64,000 bases of DNA from Gracilinanus agilis (taxonomy: Eukaryota), in contig NC_058133.1 of the NCBI RefSeq assembly GCF_016433145.1, forward strand, positions 35,152,492-35,216,491, given 5' to 3'. The notes below the pieces were generated by a model. It ran no database searches, was not told where the DNA came from, and saw only the letters and a program-made list of their open reading frames with translations. The stretch's first letter is position 1. Each line of letters starts with the position of its first letter. Shown here piece by piece: positions 11,018 through 23,400 of this stretch. The translations under genes and the position numbers were made by a program.

Positions 11018-11360
11018 CTACGCCCAGTCTCTCTCCGTCCTCGGCCGCTGCTGCCGCCTCCACTGCCCGCGTAGGCAGGGCATTTCCGGCCGCCGCCATT
11101 TGAAGGCTCCCGCCGCGCTCCCATTGGTCCCTTCAAACTCAACGGCCCCAACTGCCATCCGCCATTGGCTCCAGGACTCGGGGCAGGACTTCCTCCGAGA
11201 CCCACCTTCCTCGCGAGAGGCTGGAGACGCCGACGGAGGGCGAAGCCTAACGAGGAACTGAGACCAATGAGAGATCGGAGCTAAATGAGGGCGTGGTCTC
11301 ATGAGGAATGGAACCAATGAATTACGGCTAAGGCGGGGGCTTATTACGAATGTGACCAAT
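11018..11360 (-). promoter_or_regulatory. CDC20: CDC20 promoter and non-coding exon 1 (donor at 11017), with CCAAT boxes and CHR elements inside a CpG island (about 10550-11560)
   Basis: Minus strand reads CCAAT (11168-11164) ... TTTGAA (11137-11132) ... CCAAT (11127-11123), the G2/M NF-Y/CHR layout. A second TTTGAA lies on plus at 11099-11104, three plus-strand CCAAT boxes start at 11264, 11314 and 11356, and the donor TAG|GTACGA is at 11017. Confidence 0.8.
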
Positions 11361-13359
11361 GAAGAGCCAGATCCGAGGCTAAAGCGGAACAGGAGGCAGA
11401 GTGGAGGGGAGAAGCTGGGGATGTGTGTGTAGATGTCTAACGTTGGGGGTATATTAGTGTGTGTGTTAAGTGTGAGGTGCCTAATGAAGGCCTGGGGTAG
11501 CCCAGGGTCCAGGGGGCGCCAGGGCAGGACTCGCAAGCCTCTGAACTCCGGGACCCCTCTTTAGATCTTCTCCCACCCCGGATACTCTAGGCTGTGGGGT
11601 GCAACGGCCTGAATCTGGATGACAGATCATCCCTGCTGCTGGAGACATTCCCAGCCTTGGCTTGAATACATTCAGGGATGGGGAGCTTACCGTCTTTGGA
11701 GAAAGCCTGTTCCACTGGGCTAAAGCTCTCGGCTTCCAGCATTTCCCTAACATCCAACACAACTCTTATCTCCTTGAGGCACCTCCCCCCCCCTTACGCC
11801 CCATCCTTCAAAGCTGACCTTCCGACTTGGAGTTGGGGTTTGAGGTAGTTCAAGTCTCGAGAGAACAGGCTAGGGGTCTCAACAGGCTGGTTCGCAAAGA
11901 CACAGTCCACTCGGGGATTTCCATCATTCTAGCTCTCTGTCTTGCTTGTCCCCTCCTAGGGAGACTGCTGGTGGTGTGTGGGGCGGTGTTCCAAGAAGGA
12001 GGGACAAGGCGGGTGAGGAATCTCAAGCTAGAGGACTCAGGTTCCAGCCTTTGGGGTTCTTTCCCCTTCCAAATGCCCTCTGATGCCCCTCTGTTCTCCA
12101 GAACACCCAATGAGATGTTCTTTAGGCAATGGAGAATTATGGAAAGTTTCTGAGCTGGAAATCACCCAGTGAGAAGATTAATCTGGCTTCAGCCTGAAGG
12201 ATGGGGCCACAGGGAAAGCTGGCTAGGAGACTTGACTGGACAAAGATCCCTAAAAGGTGGGGAGGTAGGCAGCCTTAATCTTTTGGAGGAGAGGAGGGAG
12301 GGCCACATAGTGAAGATGGAGATTTTTTAGACTGGTCCAGGGATTTCATTTCCCAATGCACAGTCAGCTACCCTGAAATCTAGTCCTAGAGAGTTGTCTG
12401 CAGTGCTTAGAGGATGAGGAAATGGAAGAATTAATGAATGGAAAAGAATGAAAAGCATTTATGAAACACTCAGGATATATACTAAGCACTCAGCTAAGCT
12501 AAGCAATGGGGACACAAATGAGTCCTTTGCCCTCAAAAAGCTCCTGTTCTAATGGGGAAGACAATGCTCTAATGGGCAGTGGTGTGGTCTGGGGAACTTT
12601 GGTCTGCAAAGTGATTAGGAGTGGGACTCAGTGACAGAGTTAGTTTGATCTTGACTCCAGAACTGGAGGGGCAAAGTGGGGGGAGATGAGTGAGGTTATG
12701 GATATGGAAGGGGAGAAGATAAGGAAATGGAGCCTGGCTGAGGCTTTCCTGCAAGAATGTGCCCCGGCTCCTATGGACATTATCAGACAGGCCTGGAATC
12801 CTGGTCTTCCTGAGGCTGAGGCTAGCTCTGCTGCCACCACCCCTGTCTCACAGCCTCTCTTTTATCATCAAAATAAAGTAAATTTTCCTATTAGAGCCAT
12901 CCAAAAGGGGTCTGGGGAAGTAGGGTGTTTCCTGTCATCACTGGTTTTTTAAGGGGAGGTTGGATAACTGACCACTTGTTGGTGAGTGCCATGGTGATTC
13001 TGGGACTAGCTGGCAATGAAAGGCTAGTGATCAGAAGACAACCAGGCTCCCAACTTGGCTAGCTTTGTAGGTTGGGGAGATGATGGAGAAGCTGGGGAAG
13101 GGGTCATGCCACGCCTAAATGCAGCTGGAGTTTGGACATGGTTCTGGAGGCAATGGTACCATAAGGTTTCTGAGTCAGGGCACAGCATAATCCAATCTGG
13201 GCTAAAGATGAATCTGTCAGCATCCACACCATTGTTTGGAAAGAGGAACCTGGAATCAAGGAGTCTAATTAGGCCCAATTTGCCAGGCTTGTCTTGGTAC
13301 GATCCTGAGGATGAAGAACTGAGGTGGTGTAGATCTTGGGAGGAAGTGACTAATCTGAG

Positions 13360-13480
13360 TCATAAGTCAATCAACAAGCATTTATTAAGCATGAGCTGTG
13401 TGCCAGACACTAAGGTAAGCAGTGGGGACCCAAGGACAAGAGCAACAGCAGTTCCTGCTCTCAAGGAGCTTACATTCTAA
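13360..13480 (-). mobile_element. L2 3' end fragment
   Basis: TCAATCAACAAGCATTTATTAAGC...TGTGCCAG...CCTGCTCTCAAGGAGCTTACATTCTA is the reverse complement of the L2 terminus. Confidence 0.75.
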
Positions 13481-13924
13481 GGAAAAGAAAATAAGTAGAG
13501 GCTTAATGAAAACAATTGCCCAACTCCATGCATTCTCTTAAAAGGTTGGTATTCAAAAAGATTTTGAAACTCTTCATTGGCTCAGAGTCCCTGTGAGGCA
13601 TCAGACTAGCACCAAGAGCAAGACTGGGGAGTGAGCTCATCTGAATGAATCCTTTATTCTCAGTGAGCATCTTTCTCCTGGTAGGGCTAAGTAAGGCTTC
13701 TTTTGTTAACTGCTGGATGGATTACAAGTGTTTTATTTCATGCTCCATTTGAACCTAAACTATCAGGAGACTGGCCTGAGTGAAGCTCAAACTATTACAA
13801 CTGACACTGATACACATCTATACACACACAAATAAATACATTTAAAATGTGTGTTAAATGCCATGTGATCTGGGGCTTTAGGGAACGAGGTAATCAATCA
13901 GACAAAGCATTTGGGCTGAGGCTT

Positions 13925-14120
13925 TTTAAAAAATGAATTAATTTGTTATATTAAAATTCCCAGATATCTCCCACCCTCCCTCTCCTCCCCATACTGAAGA
14001 AAGCACCATTTAACAAAAAGACATATGTATATATAGAACCATGTCTTGCTAGATTTCTATTCTATCAGTTCTTTCTCTGGAGGTGGACATACACAAGTCA
14101 TTCTTCAAGCAATATTTCTA
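13925..14120 (-). mobile_element. Marsupial L1 3' end fragment
   Basis: T-rich tail, CCCACCCTCCCTCTCCTCCCC tract, CTATCAGTTCTTTCTCTGGAGGTGGA...TTCTTCAAGCAATATTTC, typical of reversed marsupial L1 3' UTRs. Confidence 0.6.
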
Positions 14121-14340
14121 AGTCTTGAAGGAAATCGGGGATCACAAAAGGTGGATGTGAGGAGAGAGAATATTTTGGCATGGAGATGGGGCAGGGAGAG
14201 AAGGCTAGTGCAAAGTGTTATAAAGAAGGTATCTTTCTCTACTATTATATTATTTTAGGGTATATTAATCAGGGAAGCTGTGCTTTGGATTCCCTTGATA
14301 GCTGGTGCAAGGACACCCGAGTCCTGTCACTCAAGCTGGA

Positions 14341-15149
14341 TGTTATAATAACTGCCCCTTCATGATAACAGCGCCCAGATAGGATCCCTAAAGGTCAGGT
14401 GGATAGGTAACCCTTTCAGGTCCCACCTGGGGTTGGATTGATTATTAATATTGGGCTCTATTAGCCTTGAATAACCTTTTCATCTGACTGTGTTGCTCCC
14501 TCCCCAAGGGTTGTGATATAATAATCACTCGGGAAGGTACTTAATAAACTTTATAGATATTAGGGAAAGGAATAATCAGGAATGGATTGGGGATAGGAGA
14601 CCCTGTCACTAATGGCTATGATCACTAATCCCTCAGGACTGTAGGCTGTTTCAGTAATGCTGGAGCTCTTGTTCTTCACCTCTGGCTCAGCTTGGCCACG
14701 GCCAAACCAGAGAAAGCAATCTGCTTGGTTGATACAGATATCAGTGATCCCTCTCAGCTTCCCATTGCCAGTTGTTATGTCAGTCCTACAGCTGTCAGGA
14801 AATACCTCCTTACCTCCCTCTGCTTCTTCTCCTTCCCTCTTCCCGGTTCCCACCCGGGCCCGGATACCTAAATGTCTAATGATGGTTCAGATGTCTAAAT
14901 ATCTAGGGGGAATTCAGAGAGAATCAGAGGACCCACGGGTCAATGCTCCAAGATCAGAGATCAATGTCCAAGCCCAAGGGTTCCTGGCCAAGGGTCAAAG
15001 CCTAAAGGGCCTTGTCAGATGGCTGTCAGGGTATTTATATCCTCTGGCCAACTGCCTTTCCTCTTGTCCTCACGGCATCTGGGAACATTCCGATGTCTTC
15101 AACTGTCAACCAAGGTGAGACTCACAACTCCCAGAGTTTGAATATGACA
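14341..15149. mobile_element. Possible solo LTR or unclassified repeat of about 810 bp
   Basis: Bounded by TGTTAT...ATGACA (imperfect inverted ends, TG..CA), with a TATA-like motif on minus near 15031-15040, AATAAA at about 14543 and retained CpGs. No TSD found. Confidence 0.35.
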
Positions 15150-15609
15150 AAAGATATGAAGTCCAGAAAGGGAAGGGACCTACTCAAGTTAGGAATCAAT
15201 GTCTCCCAGTCTTGTGGAGAATGCATGGAAGAATAGACAAGCCTAGATGTGAAGGGTGAAGAAAGAGGTGGAGTCTGAGGGGTGGAGGTTTGGTGTCTTT
15301 GTGATCAGGAGGAAGATGGTACAAAGAGACTGGAAGGGGGAGCTGAGATGGAGTGTGTGGGGCTCGGTGTGCAATGGGGAGATGGAATGGAAAGTATATA
15401 CAGAAAAAGATGTCCGTGAACACACTGGGGACCAGTTTGAGACCTACCCATAAGACCTTCAGCACCTGCCCCAGCTCTGAAAGGACTCCACGTGGGAGGT
15501 AGCAAGCTGCTCAAGGGGAACACAGGGGAGAGCCAGCTCTCTGCTGTCAGAGCCAAGCAGGTGGGGCTCTGGCATCCTTCAATATTGGCAGGAGATAAAA
15601 AAAACTCAA

Positions 15610-15900
15610 CTATCCAAGTGGCCCAAGAGGCCACAGGGGAACCATGACAGCTGTCTTCAAAAACAGAAAGAGCTGCCATATGGAAAAAGCATTAGGCTTG
15701 TTCTGCTTGGCCTCAGGGGGCAGAATCGGGGATGAAAGGAAGCTGCAAAGAGGCTATCTGAGGAAAAACTTGGGATAAGAGCTAGTTTCCAGGGGCATAG
15801 GCTGCCCTGGAAGGAGATGGGCTCCCCAAACTTGGAGGTCTTTCACCACACGGTGAATGGCAGCCCATGCAATGCTCCATGGGGTAGATTCTCATTAGGG
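15610..15900 (+). mobile_element. CR1/L3 LINE 3' fragment
   Basis: ATGACAGCTGTCTTCAA...GCTTGTTCTGCTTGGCC...GGCTGCCC...TTGGAGGTCTT matches the mammalian L3/CR1 3' region. Confidence 0.75.
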
Positions 15901-16937
15901 ATGCTACAGATATTGGGTTCTTTTGTGGGGCTCTTTAGAACTCAGAAATCCAAGGATTCTTCTCTTTCCATTTCTCCTCTTTCCTCAATCTGTCATTTAA
16001 GGCTGTCCAACATCTGGCTTCACCTTAACCATCAGTCCACAAGCAGAGATTGAATGGCAATTTTGTCCCAAGTCCTGACTTAGGTAGGCAGGGCTGCTCA
16101 TTGCCTCTCCTCCCTAAATTCCAATACTGAGCAATTTGATGTTGCCCTTAGAATCCAGAGGCCAAGGCCCAAATCCTCCCTTTGACACTTTCTGGCCATC
16201 TCTGAGCCTTGGTTTGCTTCTTTATGAAATGGCAAGGAGGTGGGAGGATCCGGATAGTGGGTTTCCTCACCAGGGAGCTTGTGAGGATTCACTAAGAAAT
16301 GAGTGTGCTTTGAGGTGCTCCATGTGTCAATCATTAGTCTTCGGGTCCTTCAGAGTCCCATATATGAACCCCTTCCCCACCCCTCAGAGCTCATTTCTCC
16401 TGACTCTGAGTCTGTTCCCAAGGAGGGCTCCCATCACTCAGGCTATGTCTTGTCCTGTGTCTTGTCCAGTGCTAGGACAAGAGCAGGTCCTCAGCTAAGG
16501 TGGTCAAAACTTAGGACCACAGAGGTGAAAGGGTTTGGCTTTTCCATGGTCACACAAGGACTGTAAGTCCGAACTGAAAGCAAGCTGGGTCTTCTTATTC
16601 CTAGGCTGATGGCTGGCCCTGCAAAAAGGGCCTATAGTTCTCCTAGCTCTTAGGATGAACAGAGAAAGGCAATGCCTCTCTCTAGAGAAAGTTCTCACCT
16701 GCCTTTCAGGGCCTCTCATTCCCTGCCCCCAGGCTTTGCTCAATCATGCTCATTTGCTGACCTCTGAGTACTTGTCTCTGCTGATGCTGTGAGGCAGCAG
16801 GGGGCTCAGGCCAGGCTGACCAGGTCTGCCAGGTCTCTTCTCCCTGTGACAACAGGCAGGGGCCTGACCATCCCTTAGCCCTGTGTTCCTCTCCTTGTCC
16901 TCAGTGTATGAATCTCAACTGGTCATTCAAGGAAACC

Positions 16938-16943
16938 TTTATT
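16938..16943 (-). terminator. Candidate MPL polyadenylation signal (AATAAA)
   Basis: TTTATT on plus, about 480 nt downstream of the MPL stop. Confidence 0.5.
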
Positions 16944-17417
16944 GAGTGGCAGTGTGAGAGAGATTCAAAAGCCTGAAGTCCAATCACTGAGCCCAGGGGG
17001 TTCCAGCTGGTCAGAGGAAAGAGTGAGACACATGAGGCTGTTCCCTGCTCTGGAAAATGAGGCACTAGACTAGCCTCTGAGGTCTGCAAAGGCTTTGGGA
17101 AACATTTGGCCCTGTGTTTTGGGACAGACCTTGCTGATGCCCAGTGATATGGGCTCAAGTCATATTGGCAGACTACTCTAGGAAGCCATTGCTACTCAGG
17201 GAACTTGTAGCCAGCCTTACTCAGGCTTCCATAATCAGGCGGTGGTGTTAGAGCTGGACCCTGGGGAAGGAGGGGGCTGCCTGGCCACAACTGTGCTCTT
17301 TGTGGCTTAGGTATAGGAGGATGAAGAACAGAGGACAGGAGGTTTGTTCAGGAAATGAGGACTTGGTCAAGCAAAGGGCCCCACTCTGGGAGATGGGTTC
17401 TCAGGAGAGAGAGAAGA

Positions 17418-20400
17418 TCAATAAACTGAGCTGGAGCTCACATGGGAAAGTAATGGGGCTAAGGGAGTCCCTGGCAAGCATTCGTGTCCTGGAGCTCTAG
17501 GGAAACGTACTTTGTCCAAGGGCTGGTGGCAATGATTTGAAGGTGGGGGAGGGTGGGACAAGTGAGGCAGGTAGGAGTAGTTGTCAATGTGAGTGGTGGG
17601 GCCAAGCTCAGAGTCTGTAGGGGCTGGGGCCAGGGGTGGGGACCAGGACCCCAAGCAGCCAGCCTGAAGCAACACAGGGTAATCCGGCTGGGATTGGCCA
17701 TCCACAGACTCAGAAAGGACCTCCAAGAGGCTGGGTTCCTCTTCTTCATCTACACCTGAGGCTGAGGCCTTGGGCTAGAAAATATGAGGTAAGGGGCTGT
17801 GAGGGACAAAGTAGAGCTTATCAGGAATGCCAAGTCACAACAGCATCACTCACCTGGCTCAAGGAGGCTGGGGGCTCAGTGAGGAAACCTCCAAGAACCC
17901 GATGAAGGTCAGGAAGTGGAGGCCATAGGGTCTGCCACAGGGCCCTGCACAGGGAGGGAAGGGGTGAGACAGGCATTGCTGATAGTATAGGGCTCTTCTA
18001 GAGGAAAGTAAAAGGGACAGTGGGAAAGGGGCAGCAGTGAGTACCCAGGGCCCTTGTACTCTAGCACTGGAGCTCTTACAAATGGACCCTGCCACTCACT
18101 TGGGCAAATAGCCCCCCACTGGGGTGGCCTGTACATGTTGGGTCCTGCTGTACCTCATTTCAGGCTTCAAAAGTTGCCCCCTTGGTCTGTTCTAGGAACA
18201 GAGTGTCCTGTTCCTCCCCTGCCAGTTGCTCTAGAGCCCACTGTCCTCTCTCAAGACCTCCCACAGCCTAAAGGTCAAGGCATGGCAGGGCTGGCTAGTG
18301 CCTGCTGCCCATGAGCTGCCTGGGACAATGGTAGAACTAGGGTCTAGCCCCATCTTGTGGGACTAGAGCCAAGCAGCCTCGAAGTCCCTCACTAATATGG
18401 AATTGCTCCCTTCCTGGCCCTGGAGGATCATAGGGCCTCAAGTCTTCCCCCAGAAAGGATTGGCCCACTTTGGTCTCCTCTTCCTATCTGTTCTACCTGA
18501 ACTAAGCCAAAGACCAAACCCTTCCAGGCTTCAATCATGAATCTTGTCAAAGCCTTTCTGTTCCAGTCTGAGACAACCTCAGCCCCTAGGAAGACAGTCC
18601 AGCACCCAGGACAGTGCCAAGGTAAGAGATGCCCTGGGGAATCACAGCCTATCTTGGACCCTTAACTGCTTCTGTCTTAAATAATGAAACTGTCCCCCAA
18701 GTAGGCCCAGCACTGGTAGCATCCATGGAAAGAGGGGAAAGATCCTTGAGAATAGTGGCCAAAGGAATGGGGTTGGGGGAGATGGGGGTGGGTGGGAGGG
18801 GAGGCTGCTTCTTCATTGGTGGCTTGCAGCTCTCCTCTCACAAACAGGAATCAGACTGCTGTTTTTCTTGACTTCCAGGCCTGTTCTCTTTGTCACTGCT
18901 CTGGGGCCTAACAAGTCTAACTGTACCCCACCCCACAACAGCCCGTTAGGTGTTTGAAGTCAGGGATCTCATTCCTAGAGTCTTTTTTCTCCACACTAAT
19001 CACCCCTAGGTTCTTTGATCAGTCATCAGATGACATGGACTCTAGGCTCTTTGCAATCCCCTCCTCTAGACACTTGAACGATTAAGTCAGTGCAGGGCAG
19101 AGGATGGAGAAGGCAGAGTTCTTGCCTCCTGCGGCTCTCAATGTGGGCCAAAATCACATCCACTTTCTTGGCCACCGAATCCCTGCTAAAATTCCTGCCT
19201 CCCCTTTGAGATCATATCCAATTTTTGCCTAGTTTTGCCTCTATTCCCAGCCCCTGGCACAGGGCCTGGCATATGCAGTGGTTCAGTTGTGACAACTCTT
19301 TATGCCTCCATGGACTATACTGTCCATGGGTTTTTCTTAGGCAAAGATAGTGGAGTAAGGCAAACAGTGTTTAAGGGACTTGCCTAAGGTGAAAGGCACA
19401 TCTAGGAAAGATCTGAGGCAGGAATCAAACTCAGGACTTCTTGAATCCAGGTCTTGGACCCTCAATGCTACTGGAACTTTGTTAGATGAACTCCTGTCTA
19501 GCTCTAACCCTTCCTCACTTTTTCCTTAGGAAGTGGACTTTTTGGTACCAGAGGAGAATATGTTCTATCTATCCCTCCTGAATCTCATCTTGGCAGATTC
19601 AGTTCAATTGCTCTTTGGCCCTTTGTGGCTCCTGACCCTGTAGTCATTCAGGATTAGTGATCCTTCCAGGTTTGTCACCTGCAAATTTAATGAATATGCC
19701 ATCTATTCTACTCTGGACCTAGTTATTTACATGGTGTCACTATCATTAGAATATGAGCTCCTGGAGCAACTAGGTGGCTCAGTGGATAGAGAGCTAAACC
19801 TGGAAATGGGAGGTTCTGGGTTCAACTCTGACCCTGCACAAGTCACTTATCCCCCATTGCCTAGCCCTTACCACTTTTCTGCCTTGGAACCAATATCTAC
19901 TATTGATTCTAAGATGGAAGGTAAAAGTTTTTTTTTTTAAAAAGGGAAATATGAGCTCCTGGTTGGCAGGGATCCTGTTTGTGCCCTTTGTATCTCCAGT
20001 AGTTAGCACAGTGCCTGGCAGAGTTAGCACATGATCACTATTTGTTGACTGACTGATGATATTCTTATCTAAGTCATGGAATAAAAAGAAAGAAAGAAAC
20101 ATTAGAATAGCACAGGGCCAGGCACAGATCTCCTGGGCATTCGTTCTACTTTCCCCTGACCACAATGACTGTGAACCATTAACAACTCCTTTTTGAGGAT
20201 GGCCACTTAACCTGCTCGGAAGCCGTTAGTTCTTATCATCTATTATGAAATCCCTCTAATTTTTATCATCTAGTCCACATCTCTTTATCTGTAAGAACTT
20301 GATCAAAAACAGCTTTTCTAAAATCTAGGTAAATGCTATGCTTGCAGCATCCCCATACCAGTCCACTCACTCTGAGAAAACCTGCTGAGAGCAATCCCCT

Positions 20401-23400
20401 TCTTATGAAGCCTGAAGAAGCATAAGGTACAGAAATGGAGAGGAAGTCCTGGGGCCACCCCTGCTTTGGATTAAAGGCTGAAGGTTCAGGAGAGAAAGGA
20501 AGGGGAGGGGAACAGCAGGTTAAGAAGGGGTTTAAGGAAGAGATTTGGATTCACAGGTCCTAACTTAAGCCTCTTGTCAAGGGGTTGAAAGCACTCATCA
20601 GGGGAAAACACCAAGGCCTGTAGCTTGGTGAGTCTAATTAGCAAAATGAAAAGAATGAGAATTGCCCTGGAGCTCAGACAAATTGGGGATGGCAGAGTAA
20701 TGCAGCCCTAACCTAAGAGGGCACCGATCTGTACTCAGGTCTGGTGCCAATCCCAGCCCTGCCACTTAATATATCTGGGTGACCTTGTGCCACTTATTTC
20801 CTCTTTCAGGCCATAGTTGCTCTATCTTTAAGATCATGAGGTTGGACTAGATGACCTTTAAAGTCCCTCTACTGCTGGATCCACGATCCCATGGCCAGTA
20901 TTTAGCATGTTACAAAATGGTTCCAGGTCATATCTAATGCAAGTCAAATTCAGTGAATGTGATATGCTCCAGCTTTTCCAGGGTTATAGCATACTGCTTT
21001 GGATCAGTGCGTGTGAGTGAAGTGTGCTGCTACATACCTTATTACCAATGGCTGTGCTAACGGTTTTTAAAAGTCTTTGCTAAAATGCACAAAAAGAAGA
21101 ATACAGGAGATGGAAACACTGCCAGCTCCCAAAAGAAGTTTGCTATAACATGAAAGCAATAGTTGGATGTAACTGAGTGATATAAATGTGGTCCTAAAAT
21201 AGGAAGTGATGTTTGACTATCTGGATCCACTGTGCAGAATCTTAGAAAACATGCAGGTGAAATAAAAGAAAAAGCCAAAGCTGCATCAGCCTTTTGTGGT
21301 TTGCAAACAATCATGAGGAATAGAGTTGTTACAACAATCAAATGGTGTCTCTTTTGGCAGACAGTTTGAAGACTGCAATCATCCATGCATTCCTTTTAGT
21401 ATAGCAGCCATTCAGGCAGAAGCATTAGCTGATTCATGGCAGGGAAAGTAAATGGAAATGAGTCAGACAGAGAAGGAACTTTTACTGTGCTTGTGTGACT
21501 GCTTTAAAAACTGAAGAAAGTGGATCCACTGATCAACACATTTTTCATGTAGAAGAAACAGGCTTATCCTACAAAAGAATGTCTTCCAGAACTTCTATTT
21601 CTAAGAAAGAAAAAAACTCTACCTGGATTTAAAGGGTCTAAAGCTTTCTTAGCATTTGGAGGTAAGTCAGAACAGTATTTTCAATCAAAATCTTGAAATT
21701 CTCAGGCTCTGAAAGGCTACAACCAGTGATTGCTTCAAGCACAGTGACTCAAAGTATTTTCACAGACTTTTCCCTTCAAACTATTTTAATCTAGCTGTTG
21801 GAAAAGATTTCAAGGATAATGATATAAAAAGTAATTTTGATTTTAGAAAATGCTATTGTGTGAAAATGTAAATGTGCAAATTCAGGAGATGTGGATAAAA
21901 TTCTGTGCACCTCCAGCAATCTTTATGAAAGACTTAAGGAAAGAGAAAATAATTCAGTACACTTTGCTAAGATCTTTTAAATGACAATAACATTTTCAAC
22001 ATATCATCAGTGTAGGCTTATCTATATCTATATATATTTATGTTAAATTAGTAAATTTATTTTTAAAAATTTTGATTATATTTTCTATTGGGCTATCATG
22101 TTTTGGTAGTAGCTAGGTAGGACAGTAGATAAGAGTGTCAGGCCTGGAGTCAGAAGGACCTGGTTCACATCTAGCCTCAAACACTTCCTAGTTGTGTGAC
22201 CCTGGAAAAGTCACTTAACCCCCACTGCCTAGCCCTTACAGCTCTTCTGCCCTGGAACCAATGCATAGGATTGATTCTAAGGAGAAAGGTAAGAATATCT
22301 GGGAAATAAACAAGGAAAATAGAGGATCTATCATAAGGAGCCCAACCTCCAGAAGAGATCCCTGTGCCTTGGTGAAATGAATTCTGGAAGACCAGATACA
22401 AAAAGATGCCTGGCAGTGTGTGTCCTTAAGATTTGCTTAGGTGAGGAAATCCAAGAAGTTCAAGGAAGAAACATAGAGGAAAGTGCTTCAAGTGGGTGAA
22501 GAAAGCCCCATAGAGGGAGGAAGCAAGGGACATAGCTGCTGAGTGTGTGCTGAGGAACAGAAGGAGGAAGGAGATCTTGGGAATACTAAGGAGGCCTGAC
22601 AGTGGAATGTGGCCTCCTGGGCATGTCCAGCTGGCTTTCCTGCAGGCACCTCACAGTTAGCATGACCAAAGCAGGAGAATATAGTTCCTTTCCCCCAAAT
22701 TCTTCTGACCTTCCTGACTTCTAGGTACCTCCTCCTCTAAGGCACACCCCCTCACAGCCTCCTCCCCATTCAAGACAGTCTGCTGCAAGCTTTTGTTTTG
22801 ACCCCCATATCTCTTGAATCCAGCCCCTCCACAAGAGTGCTTAGCTATCATCCTCTTCACCCTGATGATGGCAAGGGCCTCCTATCTGGTCTCCCTGGCT
22901 TGCCTGTCTTACATTCTTCTTCTCTATCCCCACCTCCCTGCTAAATGATATTGTTAAAGCTCAGCTTTGACCATGTCACCCTTACTAAAAATCTAGTGGG
23001 ACCTTTGGCTTCCAGGATGAAAAAAACAAATTCTTCTGTCTGTCTGGTTTTTAAAACTTTTCACAACCAACAATATTTCCCTCCCCACTCTCTAGTCTAG
23101 CTACCCTGGCTTTCTTCAAACAAGACAATTACACTATCTATCTTTGGGCCTTTGCCCAGGCTGTGCCCAATGCCTGGAATGCCCTCCCTCTTTTTTTCCA
23201 CCTTTCAGAATACCTAGTTTCCTTCAAATCTCAGCTTAAGTACCCTATCCTTTCCCAATCTCTGATTCCCTCAGCTATTAATACTGTTTTTTTGTGGGGT
23301 TTGTTATTTTTTGCATGAACCCTTTTGGTAGTCTTGTGAAGCCTAGGGACACTTTCGAGAATATTGTTTTAAAATAAAGTATATAGGATCACAAAGAAAA

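Noticed and set aside
12686-13480. ORFs of 88 and 141 aa between CDC20 and MPL
   Set aside because: No recognisable domain or exon structure; the second ORF ends in an L2 fragment.
14560-15118. ORFs in the LTR-like segment as retroviral gag or env
   Set aside because: No gag, pol or env motifs, and the nearby GCGCCC is too poor a match to call a primer-binding site.
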